64,000 bases of DNA from Octopus sinensis (GCF_006345805.1 NC_042999.1:167152001-167216000), one strand, 5' to 3'; positions 25,797 through 40,476 are shown, numbered from the stretch's first letter. Translations and numbers: made by a program. Notes: generated from the letters alone by a model not told the origin.

Positions 25797-25937
25797 TTTA
25801 GGTTTGATATATTCATTTGATATATTTGATATATTCATTTAAGAAAATCAGGTAATTTTGAAAGAATGGCAACAATAGTATTCACTCACCATAAACCGGT
25901 TCGATAAGGAAGCTGCAGCATGTTGGATGGCCCACAC

Positions 25938-26090
25938 CACCTCACGGTAGACGACATTTTTCATTTTGGCTTTCAGGGCGAACACAAAAAGGAGGTTTTT
26001 GCATCCGACTCTTGAGCATCTGACGTATAATTGGCCGTGCGAGAAGCATGGTTGGCCTGAATGAAGGCCTGTCGTTGTTAGTGTTTGGCC
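25938..26090 (-). pseudogene. Helitron PIF1-type helicase C-terminal fragment
   Basis: Minus frame not in ORF track: GQTLTTTGLHSGQPCFSHGQLYVRCSRVGCKNLLFVFALKAKMKNVVYREV (helicase motif VI HGQLYVxxSRV and KNVVY.EV end). Confidence 0.8.
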
Positions 26091-26533
26091 TTAGCGAACA
26101 AAGATGAACCATCCCACTTCCATTGCACACGCACGCACGCGCGCGCGCGCACAAACATCCACATCTACATACCTCCTTTAACATACACCCACATATATTC
26201 ACACAGAGTTGAAACGCTGGTTGATTTATTTTTTTCAGCGTACACTCCCAAGCATGATATCACTCCTTTGTTTCTCATTCATAAACACAAGAGTATTATT
26301 ATAGTAGATTATCTCGGAGCTATGAAAAAATACAAAGCCCAGCATCACCACCGGATCATCTGTGTAAATTTTCGGAGACTCCACTAGAATGGACGAAAAC
26401 GCTAATATATGATATATGATGTATAAAAACATGTAACATACTAATAAATATCTGTAAATATAAAACCAACCAGATTTCTGAGTACCTCATTTCTTCTAAT
26501 ATAAAATACCTGTACATCATCTCCAAACCTTCT

Positions 26534-26569
<36 letters not shown>

Positions 26570-26627
26570 AAAGTGTAATCAAACAATGATAAATCTCAGA
26601 GCGAAATATATATATATATATATATAT

Positions 26628-26735
26628 TGGCGCAGGTGTGTGGTAAGTAGCTTGCTTACCAACCACATGGTACCTTGGGCCGACAAAATGACTTGCGAGT
26701 GGATTAGCTAGACGGAAAGTGAAAGAAACCCCTCC

Positions 26736-26768
<33 letters not shown>

Positions 26769-26945
26769 TTGTCCCCCAACATAGCTTCACAACCGATGCT
26801 GGTGGGATTATGTCCCCTTAGGGTAGCGATTCGTCAAAAAGCGATCTATAGAATAAGTGCTAGGCTTACAAATTATAAGTCCTGGGGTCGATTTGCTCGA
26901 CTAAAAGGTGCTCCTCCAATGTGAGCGCTTTCAAATGATTAAAGA
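26628..26945 (+). mobile_element. SINE family A, degenerate with deletion
   Basis: ggcgcaggtgtgtggtaagtagcttgcttacc..ggggtcgatttgctcgactaaa. Confidence 0.7.
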
Positions 26946-26971
26946 ATAAAAGATGATATATATATATATAT

Positions 26972-27020
<49 letters not shown>

Positions 27021-27034
27021 AATATATATATATT

Positions 27035-27284
<250 letters not shown>

Positions 27285-27723
27285 GTTTAAATATTTGTTG
27301 TGCAAGATTTTTTATGTGAAGTCGTGTGTTGAAACAGATATTGTTATATTTCGGAATGGTCATATTGCCAGTTTAGCCAATAAAAACACACGCACTATAT
27401 ATTTGGTGTTATTTTGCTTCAGTGATATTTATTTTTTACATTAATCTTAATCTTATTTCTGCCAGAGTTCTTTCGTCACACTTCTGTGACCTCATCAGTG
27501 GTCCTTTGCTTTCTTCTGTTTTATTTTGTGTGTCTCTCCTTACTTATGGTCATTCATTTTATATTTTGTATTCCTATTGTATGTGTCTTTATTTGCGCAT
27601 GCGTATACCCCTATTTGTTTTAGTGTGTGTGTGTGAGAGAAGTGTCTGTAATATTTGTATCTCCTGCTTATACACGTTCGTGTAATTTGTTTTTGTTTAT
27701 TTTGTTCATGTGTTTACACCTAC

Positions 27724-27764
<41 letters not shown>

Positions 27765-28230
27765 TGGTTACTCTTTTACTCTTTTACTTGTTTCAGTCAT
27801 TTGACTGCGGCCATGCTGGAGCACCGCCTTTAATCGAGAAACTCGACCCCGGGACTTATTCTTTGTAAGCCCAGTACTTATTCTATCGGTCTCTTTTGCC
27901 GAACCGCTAAGTTACGGGGACGTAAACACACCAGCATCGGTTGTCAAGCAATGCTAGGGGGACAAACACAGACACTCAAACATACAGGCACACACATATA
28001 CTCTTTACTCTTTACTCTTTTACTTGTTTCAGTCATTTGACTGCGGCCATGCTGGAGATACATATATACGACGGGCTTCTTTCAGTTTCCGTCTACCAAA
28101 TCCACTCACAAGGCTTTGGTCGGCCCGAGGCTACAGTAGAAGACACTTGCCCAAGGTGCCACGCAGTGGGGCTGAACCCGGAACCATGTGGTTGGTAAAC
28201 AAGCTACTTACCACACAGCCACTCCTGTGC
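27765..28230 (-). mobile_element. SINE family A with internally duplicated 3' end
   Basis: tactcttttac..gactgcggccatgctggag present at ~27768 and again at ~28000. Confidence 0.8.
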
Positions 28231-28231
28231 C

Positions 28232-28387
28232 TTAAAAAACTTACAGCAGGAATCGCCACCACCCCTGCCAGAGCCTTGTGGAGCTTTTTAGGTGTTTTCG
28301 CTCAATAAACACTCACAACGCTCGGTCTGGGAATCGAAACCGCGATCGTACGACCGCGAGTCCGCTGCCCTAACCACTGGGCCATTT
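28232..28387 (-). mobile_element. Third tRNA-derived SINE family
   Basis: Minus strand A box TGGCCCAGTGG and B box GGTTTCGATTCC, no tRNA 3' acceptor stem. Confidence 0.65.
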
Positions 28388-28731
28388 TCGTTAATGTATA
28401 TAGTTATTTACTTCTATTTGTTTATTTATCTGTGTATTTTATTGTGTTTTTTAGTTTTGTTTATATTGTAACCAGTTTATGGGGATCTTCTTCTGTCATA
28501 TGTTGTGGTGTGTGCTAGTGTTCCATTCCAGTTTCCTATTCAGGCTAGGTTTATCTTCTATTATGTGTGTAGCTTCCGTGATTTGTCTAATTGTTGCGCC
28601 TGTTCTGTGTGGACAAGATTTTAACTTCTATGAACAAAATAAACAAAAACAAATTGCACGAACGTGTATAAACAGGAGATACAAATATTACAAACACTTT
28701 CCCCCACACTAACTAAACATAGACGCACAAA

Positions 28732-28769
<38 letters not shown>

Positions 28770-28922
28770 TTCGACTAATAGAGACAAAACAAGACGAGTT
28801 GTCGTGTGGAGGGAAAGCCTTAATATGATATGATATTGATGTGTGTGTGTGTGAGTGTGTATGTTTGTGTGTGTGTGTGTATTAGTGTTTTAATGGCTTT
28901 AAAAAATACTAACTTCCTTATT

Positions 28923-28953
<31 letters not shown>

Positions 28954-28968
28954 ATTTATATATATATA

Positions 28969-29180
28969 AAGTTAATCCAAACAAGAAAGCACAAAAAAAC
29001 ACAACACGAGGACGTGGAACAAATATAGTATTATTGGACGCTCAGGAAAGAAGGAAAGAAGGAGGGTTTAACGTTTCGAGCGGAGCTCTTCGTCGGAAAC
29101 ATAGGAGAAGGAAAGATCCAGAGAAGGGAAGACAGAAGAAAAATATCGCCAACGGTACACACGAGGTCACATTTTGAAAA
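28969..29180 (-). mobile_element. Short PLE-type repeat with HHR-like motif, ends at (TA)n (copy 1 of 3)
   Basis: Minus GTTT-CCGACGA-A-GAGC-tcc-GCTC-GAAA-CG-TT-AAAC; same family at 33053 and 35311. Confidence 0.65.
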
Positions 29181-29385
29181 GCTATATATATATAAATATG
29201 AATATCTGTGTGCGTGTGTGTGCGTATAAATATATGGTATTTATATACGTTATATATATGATATATGATATATGATATATATATATATTTAATATTTATA
29301 TATCTATATGTATATAATATTTTTATAATATATATATATATGATATATATATATATAATATATATATATATATAATATATATATA

Positions 29386-29507
<122 letters not shown>

Positions 29508-29989
29508 ATTCTTTTATGTTCAAAGGCACCTCTGTGTGACAAAAGAACTGCGAAAAACTTAAAGAATCGAATTTTATACACTTTTTCCCCCTTTAAATCT
29601 TCAAAAACTTCTCACTGCTTCGGTGGATTGCGTTCAAACGTTATACACTATTTACTCATTCTAAAGATAACGTTAGGAGACTCCGACTTGCGCAGAATTC
29701 ATTAACAATTGCGAAAAACTGAGTAGAAAATCAGTTTTTTGCCCTTAAATCCTTCATTTTTGACCGAACATGAGGCCTCTGCTTTTCAGCAACAACTTAT
29801 CGGGTGACAAGCAACGTCTCACCGTTTGTGATGGCACAGCTCCCTCCGATGCAGCTGGAGAGATGGCTGCCTCACACGTAGGCACACCTATGGACCGCCA
29901 TTTTTCCCGATCTGCACATAAACTACCAAAACCTGAACTGGCTGTGTGAAAAAGCCATTTGTTGCGAAACTCAATGAAGACCTACAGCG

Positions 29990-31640
29990 AAGCCTTCCTG
30001 GAAACCTTCACACCTACAAGTTTCCGGTGCATGTTCGAAGTTTTTAATTTCGTCAAACGCCTTTTGACAAATTTCCAACCAATTCCACTTCATGTCTTGT
30101 TTTAGCAGATTATTCAGTGTTACTCTCACCTTATGCATATTTGAAATATAATTTTGGTAATAATTTGCCTGTCTCACAAAAACTTTTAAGGTCCCAACAC
30201 TAGTCGGAGGGGGACATTTTTAACTGCGTCAGCCCTTGACGGATCTGGTCGACGTCCATTTCTGGAAATGATTTGTCTAAATATCTTATATTCGGTAAGA
30301 AAAAATTCACATTTCCTTCACTCAAAGTAAAGTCGTAATTCCTGATTTTTTCGAACACACATTTTACTTGCTGTACGTGTTGGTCCCTGGATTCGTTTTA
30401 ATGAGTATATTATCCAGATATGAAAGTACGAATTCACAGTCCGCTAACATTGCATCCATAATCTGTTGAAAAATCGCTAGTGCGACTTTTAAGCCAAATG
30501 GTAACCTGTTGTATTTATACAATCCTTTATGTATGTTAATTGTTAGGTATTTACAGCTTTCAGAGAGATCCAGTCTAGAAAATATCGTGTCACCGTTTAA
30601 TTTCGCAAAAATATCGCCCAGAGTAGGTAATGGATAGTGGTACGTTTTAAGACATTCGTTTAAACCAGTGGAAATATCAGCACACACCTTAATTGTATAC
30701 CTCTTTTTCTTAACGAACACAGGTGGTGTTACCCATTGACTTTATATTCCACTTTTTGGACAACTCTAATTTTTTCTACTCTTTCTCTAACTTCAAGTTT
30801 ATCTGTTCTAACGCTGCGAACGGTACCGTTCGTTTTTGTTTAAATGTCGGTATGGCATTTACTTTTATTTGAAACTTCGCTTTCGTTTTGGTGCACAGAC
30901 CTAATTTATCAGACAGAACCTCAGGAAAAATCTTTAATTTTTTTTATTTGCCCGGCGACAGAAAAGATTTATGGGGAGGTTCCATAAGTTAGATAATTCC
31001 ATCCAGTCAGTCCCGAATAAATTTGTATTATTCAACACAAGAACTTTAGCATTTAATGTTTTTTCACGAAATGTAATGTCACGTATCAATTCGCACTTAA
31101 AATATAATTCTTTTCTTGAAACGCCACAGGCAATTGTCGAAGTTTCTTTTAATCTAGTTCTCCCGATTTTTTTCACGTATCTGTATTAATTATCGAGATA
31201 TTTCTGACCGTATTCACTTGTAACTTTACGTTTGTGCTTTTCATTTTTAGATACACATTTCCTTTGCGGATCGTTCGTATTTCTTGTCACCAATAACCTG
31301 TTTACGTGATTTTTTTTCTGTTGAACCTTTTTTTAGGTTTTGTTTATAGTGTGATTTTTATGACCTGTCTCACCACACTTGAAGCATTTTATATTTTTAA
31401 ACGGCCAGTTATTTTTAAAATGTAGACCACCGCATCCATAACATTGATTCGGTCTTGACGTTTTTTTTCTTTTATCCGATATCGGTTGTCACGCACGGAT
31501 ATGAGAGCAATTTTCTCTTCAATTTTCTCTGCGTTATGATTTTCCTTTTTCTATTCTTACATGTTATATTCATCGTGGGAGGTTTGTTTTTATTTTGCAC
31601 TTTTCTTTGAAACGGCTGTTATTGAAAGCTTCTTTAAATG
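29990..31640 (-). mobile_element. Decayed Ty3/Gypsy LTR retrotransposon gag-pol remnant
   Basis: Zinc knuckles CYGCGGLH and CFKCG (~31360-31445); protease end NLFGTDW; RT YPLPTLGDIFAKLNG, FSRLDL, YNRLPFGL, YLDNILI (30364-30720); LNNLLKQDMKWNW..AFDEIK; no LTRs identified. Confidence 0.85.
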
Positions 31641-33052
31641 GAGTTGCTATTTCGTTTAGTATATTTTCAATTGAAGATATGGTGGAAAGTCTAAAAGCAA
31701 TGTCTTAACTAGGCTTTTAATATTGGTTTTCGGTATATACATAGATAATCCAACTACCCCAAATTTTACAAACACAACATATGTATATATATATATAGTG
31801 TGAGGTGAGTTACTGTAATTGTTTGGGTCGTTGCTAAAGCAATGAAGACTCATAGAAATTATCAGTGTATTTTACAGTTTAAAATATCCCATTTTTCTCA
31901 AAACTTAACTAGCGGGACGAGTTGAAGTTATCATTATAAGATAATGAAAAACTTCACTTTGTTGAAATATAATCTTTCTCAGATCAACGTTTACACTCCA
32001 AATTTCGAGAAGAAATATTAGCAGACTAAATGGCAAACGTCAAGGTATTACAACTGATCTATATAAATGGTTGATGGGGTATAATTTTGTTTCTTTTTGA
32101 TAACAGCAGTGATGATAATGAATTCTCTAAAATAAAGAAATCGATATCAAAATCTATCCGAGAAAAATATTTCTCGTGGTAAAACTGGTAAAGCGCCAGA
32201 ACTTGTGTTTTATGGTACTTCGTTATATCTCTTATTTTTCTGTATTAACATCAAGCTGGCTTCGACTTCATTTTTCATTCTTCTATCGTCAACTATTATA
32301 TACCAGTCAGGAAATAATTTTTGATTTAGTTGGCTAAATCTTCATCCTGCGACGAAGTTAAAAACCGCGCAGCCTTGTACGATGCTTAGCCTTGGCCTGT
32401 TTTAGGAAACATAACCATTTCAAAATACGTATTGTTAATGTGTGATTTTCCCTGTACATTGCTCTAAATTTGTGTTTTTGTTGTAATGAGTGTATTCTAC
32501 GTAATACTAATAAAGCACATTTATCCTGTTCTCTCGAAGGAATCTGTCTCTCAAGAAATATAGGATTGGGTGGAACGCTATTCCCGAATAGGACACCAAC
32601 TACTATATCCACTTATAGCTACAAAAAACCAGTTCAAGATACGATACAACCAACTCACACACATCGCAACCCGAACAGGAAAAATGATTCGTTACTATTC
32701 AAAGGCATATGGGCTTATGATAAAAAAATAACTCCTTTAGAATAAATTGGAAAATCCTCTCACATGTTCACCCATACCAAGGTAATGACAAAGCCTTGCC
32801 AACTTTGTACTAATGAATCTTACCACATTCTTACACTCAAGACCAAAAATCATGGAAGCGCAAAATTAAAAAAATACTAATCATCTTCTGTCCCTCCACC
32901 TACACCATAAGTTATCCTAAAAATGTACATGAAAAACATTTCTACGGCTTTAAAATAAGCAAGTTCTGTAGAAATTTCCTAAAACTTTCCTTATATACAC
33001 GTAGAATCCCCCCCCCCCACATATATATATATATATATTATATATATATATA

Positions 33053-33266
33053 GTTAATCCAAACAAGAAAACACAAAAAAACACAGCAACGCGAGGACGT
33101 GGAACAAATAAAGTATTATTGGACGCTCAGGAAAGAAGGGAAGAAGGAGGGTTTAACGTTTCGAGCGGGGCTCTTCGTCGGAAACATAGGAAAAGGAAAG
33201 ATCCAGAGAAGGGAAGACAGAGGAAAAAAAATCGCTGGAGGTACTCACGAGGTCACATATTGAAAG
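33053..33266 (-). mobile_element. Short PLE-type repeat (copy 2 of 3)
   Basis: Begins gttaatccaaac immediately after (TA)n; matches 28969-29180. Confidence 0.65.
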
Positions 33267-33267
33267 C

Positions 33268-33301
<34 letters not shown>

Positions 33302-34838
33302 ACATATATATATGTATATATATTTCTTACGTAAATCCACACACACATTTGTATGTAAACAAATTGGAAGACATTTTTCTTTTTTAAATTCCGTATTTTT
33401 TATTTTAAAATCAATTTTTAATTAAATTTTATATCCATTTGTATACATGAGTATGTACCCACTTTTTATAATGTTCCACTTTTGCCTATATACATAGGCC
33501 TAAAAGAATATATTATAAAATAACCCCGTTTGAAGCAGAATTGAAACACTAAGCACATAGCCCCAAAGATCTGTCTCCATAAAAAGCAGGTTAGAATGTC
33601 TACACATTACTCAAATTACTTATAAAACAATGAAGCCCTTGAGAGAAAGATACAGACCAACAACCTTTATATCTACCCATATCCTCTTCTGAACATCAAA
33701 TTACGAGGTAACCTTATTTATATCCTAATGATACCATGATATACCAGACTAATAACTCTAGCGTTCCAAATATAAAACAGGAAATACACTAAGTAACAAG
33801 TAAAAAAAACTGATGAACCACACCACCTTCTTACGTTCTTTTGTGAACCCTTAAAAAATTCCATTACAAAAGGTTGACACCTCCAAATAGTAAGTTTTAT
33901 ATCCTTTTTGTGAGACACTCAAAAATAATCCTATTACCTTAAGGGAACATACGTAAATATACTTGCTTGCAAAGTTCCATATACACTAATAAATTCTAAG
34001 CAATAAGACAATCCCAAATTTCTCCAAAATACCTCTCCAGCACAACACATCCTACAACCTAATTACCACTGCACTCAAGCCCACATACCCAGGAAGATTT
34101 TAACTCAACAGAGACTATAAAGAGTCAATTTATCGCAATCCAACGATGGCTCAGCTGGCCAAAACATCGAAGTCACTATCAATAATATTCTTGCTTAAAA
34201 ATAATAAACTTGTACTCTACAAATGTATAGAGTCATCAATCAGATTAATGTAAAATTGTTTTTGACAAACATTAAAGTGTGTGTGTGCGCGCGTGCGAGT
34301 ATGTGCTTACAGACACAGACACTGCAGATATGCAAAGATGGTGGATTGATGGATGCATCCGTGGATTATTGTGTGTGTGCAATAATACAAATAAATACAT
34401 TGAGAAATATATCCCTTAAAATAACTCCAGGTTTCAGCCTAAAGTTTCACATACTTGGCACTATCATCAGCGGACCAGAGGGGTGGAAATAGGCAATTTG
34501 TAACTATGCACCCTCTATTTATAACAGTTGAGGGTAGTCGAAACGCGCTATCATTTTTCTATAAACCAAGAAACGAAATTGCGGGTGACCGAAAAAATAA
34601 TAAACAAACGAGATGTCTACTAGCAAATACTCTCGCAGAAATACCTATTATTTAAGCATGGAAAAGTTACAGAATTGTATATATTACAGAATATAAACAG
34701 AATATATAGATACATACACCCCCATGTATGTACGTATGTGCTTATTTTATATTTTCATTTATAGATATATAATAACTGCATGAATTTGTGTTTGCGTATG
34801 CGTATATATATTATATACACATATACACACACATATAT

Positions 34839-34892
<54 letters not shown>

Positions 34893-35261
34893 TTACACAG
34901 AGACGCACATATATATGTATCTGAATCTATAAGCATATATATATACACACATACAAACATACATACATACACACGTTTTTAGCTCAACAGTGTGTCTCAT
35001 GAGACCGAGATTTGAAGCTGGAAAATAAGTCTCCAAGGTATAGGCCTTTAAAAAGATTTTTAATGGGAAGTCTGCATAGTTTCCCAAGAACGCACGTCTT
35101 CCTTCTGCAGGCCAATAATCCTGCTCAAAGGAAGCACAAGGCCCGATACAGCATGGCAAACGTGTCGAAGGAATGAACAGCAAAATTGTCCTCTGTGAGA
35201 TTTGAATACATAATATCACACAGGAACAAATATCTACCAATACGTCATAGTGATATATATA

Positions 35262-35310
<49 letters not shown>

Positions 35311-35314
<4 letters not shown>

Positions 35315-35490
35315 ATCCAAACAAGAAAACACAAAAAAACACAGCAATGCAAGGACGTGGAACAAATAAATTATTATTGGACGCTCAGGAGGGAAGGGAA
35401 GAAGGAGGGTTTAACGTTTCGAGCTGAGCTCTTCGTCGGAAACAAAGAAGGAAAGATCCCGAGAAGGGAAGACGGAGGAAAAAAATGCTC
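35311..35490 (-). mobile_element. Short PLE-type repeat (copy 3 of 3)
   Basis: Begins gttaatccaaac immediately after (TA)n; matches 28969-29180. Confidence 0.65.
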
Positions 35491-35661
35491 TCTCTCTCTA
35501 TAAATATATATATATATATATTATATATATATATAGAGAGAGAGAGAGATAGAGAGAGGGAGAGAGGGGAGAGAGGGAGAGACAGAGAGGTAGATAGATA
35601 GATAAGTATATGCATACGTTATATATGTACAGATGGATAGACATAAATATTTATCTATATA

Positions 35662-35711
<50 letters not shown>

Positions 35712-35883
35712 AATGAGGGTGAAAATAATTAGATATTAATTCAATAATACTCTTATTTTAACACCAAGCGACCTAGCACAATAAACCAGGGAGACAAATA
35801 CATATTTATTCGTAAATATAAGAGATCTAACTTTGAATATGAGCACTAGAGTTAACATATTCAAAGTTAGCTCTCTTATATTT

Positions 35884-35931
<48 letters not shown>

Positions 35932-35933
<2 letters not shown>

Positions 35934-36449
35934 ATTCTCTAAATGACATATAGACAGTAACTGCTCGATAACATAAGGGACTAAAGCCATCTGAATATGG
36001 CTAGGGACAGGGCAGGGTGGTGGGGTGTTACTGTTGCATTTAGCCCCAGGCGAACATCGACGTCGCCAGATAGGCTTGACACCATCACGGTGTCCTTTAA
36101 CCTGCAAAGGGAGATAATTCCCCGATGAAGCGGAAACCACACACGGACCATGGTTTCAAGGTGTATTGCCTATCATCAACGTGTGGTAGGCTCCCGCCTC
36201 CTCGACGAAATCTCACTCTGCAGGATATTCATATATAGATTTTCAAGCAAAATACATTTGCTGATTTCGAAAATCTGTTCGACAGCAATAATAATTCACT
36301 AAATGAGATATAGACAGTAACTGCTCGATAACATAAGGGACTAAAGCCATCTGAATATGGCTAGGGACAGGGCAGGGTGGTGGGGGTGTTAATGTTGCAT
36401 TTAGCCCCAGGCGAACATCGACGTCGCCAGATAGGCTTGACACCATCAC
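35932..36449 (+). repeat. ~158 bp direct repeat pair (35932-36089, 36292-36449)
   Basis: Near-identical units about 360 bp apart, each with a gccat/atggc hairpin. Confidence 0.85.
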
Positions 36450-36562
36450 GAGATGAATATGGCACTTAAGTTGAGGCACCAGAATTTAGTATGGTGTTAT
36501 CCATGCAATTTCAAAATAAGGTGATTAAAATCAAAATAAGCAACAAGGATATCGAGGGGTAA

Positions 36563-36654
36563 TGCAGTACAATCGTTTCATGCAACTCCATTTAATTTAA
36601 CAATGCAATCATCTCATTACATCAATTTAAAATGTAGAGCAATCTTCAGCTGCA
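36563..36654 (-). ncRNA. Type I hammerhead, canonical core, long helix II loop
   Basis: Minus TGCAG-CTGAAGA-tTGC...GCAt-GAAA-C-gatt-G-TA-CTGCA; a 3' half-only copy with CGATCG helix III lies at ~48778-48800. Confidence 0.65.
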
Positions 36655-36689
36655 CAGAGACAGAATTCAATTAAATTAGAAGGGCACAA

Positions 36690-37320
36690 AATACAGACCC
36701 CTTTTGAACGCATCTACAACAAACGACATATCCACCACGAACCTAGAATAACACAAACACTCAGGCAAATATTGAAAATGATGCATTCAAGAGTTACCCA
36801 AGAATTCATTAAAAAAACAGTCCCCATCTCTGCTATAATCCACAATGATCCACTTTTAGGACCCTTGACCATTTAACATCCTACTACTACCATACAACCT
36901 GCGTTCCTTTATTATTATCTCTTCTCTTTCTCCTTCTTTTTCTTCGTCATCTTCCTCACCGCCACATCCTTCCTTAATTTATGTTAAATGGTCAAGTGCA
37001 ACTTTCGGGGCAGTTGAAAATTAAACATCGTACTAATATCATGGCACTCCCACATTCTCCTCCTCCACCTTCTTCTTCACTATCTTCTTCTCTGCCAAGA
37101 ATCCACAATGATTTCGAACCCACCAGAGTAAACAACAGGGATAGAGACAGACAAAAGCAAGGAAAATGCCCCTTGTATTTGAATACAATGCAAATATTCT
37201 TTTAAAAAAACTTTTCTTTTAATTTTCCCAAAATATAATTGTTTTCATACATTGAAAAAGTCTCAATGACTGAAACCGGTACTGAAATGTATTTTATATT
37301 ATTATTTTCGCATTTTCTAC
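36690..37320 (+). mobile_element. Decayed PLE 3' end with variant hammerhead
   Basis: A/C-rich decayed coding-like sequence followed by TTGAAAA-AGTC-tcaat-GACT-GAAA-CCGG-TA (37252-37281). Confidence 0.45.
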
Positions 37321-37331
37321 CTTGACTTTTT

Positions 37332-37367
<36 letters not shown>

Positions 37368-37369
<2 letters not shown>

Positions 37370-37559
37370 CTCTTTTACTCTTTTACTTGTTTCAGTCATT
37401 TGACTGCGGCCATGCTGGAGCACCGCCTTTAATCGAGCAACTCGACCCCAGTACTTATTCTATCGGTCTCTTTTGCCGAACCGCTAAGTAACGGGGACAT
37501 AAACACACCAGCATCGGTTGTCAAGCAAGGCTAGGGGGACAAACACGCATATATATATA

Positions 37560-37606
<47 letters not shown>

Positions 37607-37785
37607 TATATACATATATACGACGGGCTTCTTTCAGTTTCCATCTATCAAATCCACTCACATGGGTTTGGTTGGCCCGAGGCTATAGTAGAAGACACTT
37701 GCCCAAGGTGCCACGCAGTGGGACTGAACCCGGAATCATGTGGTTGGTAAACAATCTATTTACCACACAGCCACTCCTGCGCCTA
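37368..37785 (-). mobile_element. SINE family A
   Basis: Reverse-complement match to 12247-12650. Confidence 0.85.
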
Positions 37786-38696
37786 TATATATATATATAT
37801 AGCACCAAGTAAGTTAGGGGTTATGGATACAACCCACTAGGGGATAATATTTATCCAATATACTGTTGGTATAATACACAAATTATTAATACACAAGTGT
37901 TTTTAATTGCAATGCTATTAACTTACTTATTGTATTAAATGAGTGAAGGTAAAGAAATAATTTAGCATTAATTTATAATACAAATAAGAAAATGGGGAAA
38001 TATATACTTATATATATATATGTAGTCTAGCTTATACTTATGTAGATATATGTGTATTTATGTATTTAAATTAGGGTATATAATTACCTGTGTGGTTATC
38101 TGTACACGCAAGTATGTATGGTTGTATTTTTATGTGTGTGGATACATTTACTTTTGCATATGTATGTATGTATGTATACATAAGTATATGTGTGCGTGTA
38201 TATATGTATATATATATGTGTGTATGTGTGGGTGTGTGTGTATGTGTGGAGTGATATGTAAATGTGAGCTTGCATATGTATATTTGCATGTAAGTATGTG
38301 TATATGGAGGTTCTTTGAGTGTACATATTTATACTCATATGTGGAAGAATGTAATGTGTGTACGTACATGTATATGCATGTGAATGTATGGGTATATTTA
38401 TATATGCATATATATGTATGTATAAATATATATTATGTGTGGAGATATATATGGGTATGTATGTATATCAAGTAATATCGTATGTATGGAGAATGTATTG
38501 TGTCTATACAAATGTATTTATAGACATAGGTAACTTCTCGTTTATTTGTTTAATGAAAATATTGGGTATATGATTATTTAACTTATAATTAGTTTATTTG
38601 TTCAATTGGAGACCTAAATGTATATAAGTGTGTGGATATGTATGTGTTTGTATATATTGATTTATATGTTGATATGTTGATGTATAAATGTATGTG

Positions 38697-38734
<38 letters not shown>

Positions 38735-38871
38735 TCAATAAATGGTGGGGTTGTGTTGACCGCACGTGGAGAAATGATAAGTAAGGAAAATTTTTTTTAA
38801 AAAAGCAGAATGCTCAAATGAAAGAAAATTTTAATAAAATGAGAAAATGATAAAATATATAAATATATATT

Positions 38872-38911
38872 TATTCAACCGTTTTCGTCATTGTATGACT
38901 TGTCAAGAATA
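38872..38911 (-). ncRNA. Variant (U3-A8) minimal hammerhead in PLE 3' end
   Basis: TATTC-TTGACAA-GTCAT-aca-ATGAC-GAAA-ACGG-TT-GAATA. Confidence 0.5.
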
Positions 38912-40476
38912 TTTATGTTTTAAGAAGTTATTTTAAAAATTAGAAATGGGGAAAAAAGAAAATTGCATTGTTTTTTGTAAAAGAATAATGATAAAAATGT
39001 ACAAAAATTAAAAAATAAGTTCTCCGATACATTGTGAGTTCGTTGAGTATCTTGAGTTTTATGGTTGTTAACCAAAAAATTACCTTGAGGTGTTAAGATC
39101 CAAAGGGATTAAGAGCATGTGATGTGTTGTGTTGTTAAATTCAGCATGTTGCAGGACAGGAAGTAGTAGTAATTGTGGTCCTGGTTCTTCAGTTCCTGTG
39201 TTGTGGGTAAGGGGAGACAACTCTTTTGAGTTCTTCAATAAAACCCAAATTATAAAACTATCATTTTAGCTTCATTTGCATTATCTTTTTTATATAATTG
39301 CTTGTTAACTTAACTTTCAGATTTTAACACTTTATTTATATTATTTTCTAATAATATAATCTGCATAGACAATTGCATTTCAAATTGTCATATCATTTAT
39401 AATAAAAATGATAGTAATAACAACAATAGTAAAAATGATATTTAAAGAATATAAGTTTTAGCTTGAAGTGATGAATGCATGGTATCTTTATATATTTGTG
39501 TTAGTCCATCCATGAAGAGTGAGGTAGAGAAAGGAAGTTTGATCAACAAGGAGTTTGCATATTAAGTTGTGTTTGGAATTTTTCAATAAAGAGATTCTCC
39601 TTGTTAATTCTCTCCTGTGTGGTGATCCCGTCTTTACATTGGTAGAAGGGGAATATATAGAATTTGGGGTTTAAGTCTTTAGCACATGAGTCTAAGTGGT
39701 CACTCAGTGGAATTTGTCGGTATTCCGGGAGATTTATTTGTTCTTTATGCACCGTTACTCGTTTACGTAACGGGAGACTCGTTTGTCCAACATAATTATG
39801 TTGGCAACCAGCGCATGTGAGAACGTAGATAAGGTTCTCGGAGGAACAGGAGAAGTTAGTCTTGATTTTAAACTTCGTACCTTGTTTGAAGGTAAATTCA
39901 GAGCCTTCAAGTAGAAAGGGGCAGGTACCACAGTTTGAGCGTGCACATTTTTTTTACTGTTGGGGGTGGATGTGGTGTGTGTGTGAAGTTTGGCATTTGT
40001 CAAGAGTTTTTTTAAAGATTTGTGTTGCCTTTTGCATTTGAGGATTTTGTGTGTATTTATAATGTTTTTCATTTTTGGGTCTGTTGACAGTAGACTGAGG
40101 TTTTGTATGATTGTGGTGTATGCTTCGATATTTTTGGGGTTGTGGGTGGAAATGTATGGAAGTATTTTGAGGTTGTGTGTGGTGTTAGGTTGGGTGGTTT
40201 TCAGTGTAGTGTTGTCTAGTTCTTTGGCGCGTTTTATTCCATACTCTATAAGGGTGGAGGGATATTGACGTTGTAATAGTGTTTTTTTGAGGTCTTGAAG
40301 GCGTATTTCTCGTGCTTTTGGATCCGAGACAATGGTGCATACCCTTTTAGCTAAATTGAAAGGGATATTTGTCTTGGTGTGTTTTGGGTGGCATGAACTA
40401 AAGAGGAGGTATTGTTGTGAGTCTGTAGGTTTGTGGTAGATGTCTGTTATGATTTGGTTCTTAGGTGTTTTTATAA

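Noticed and set aside
28320-28387. tRNA gene
   Set aside because: A and B boxes present but no acceptor stem; it is a SINE head
31860-34200. Decayed LINE ORF2
   Set aside because: A/C strand skew is suggestive, but no convincing catalytic motif was found
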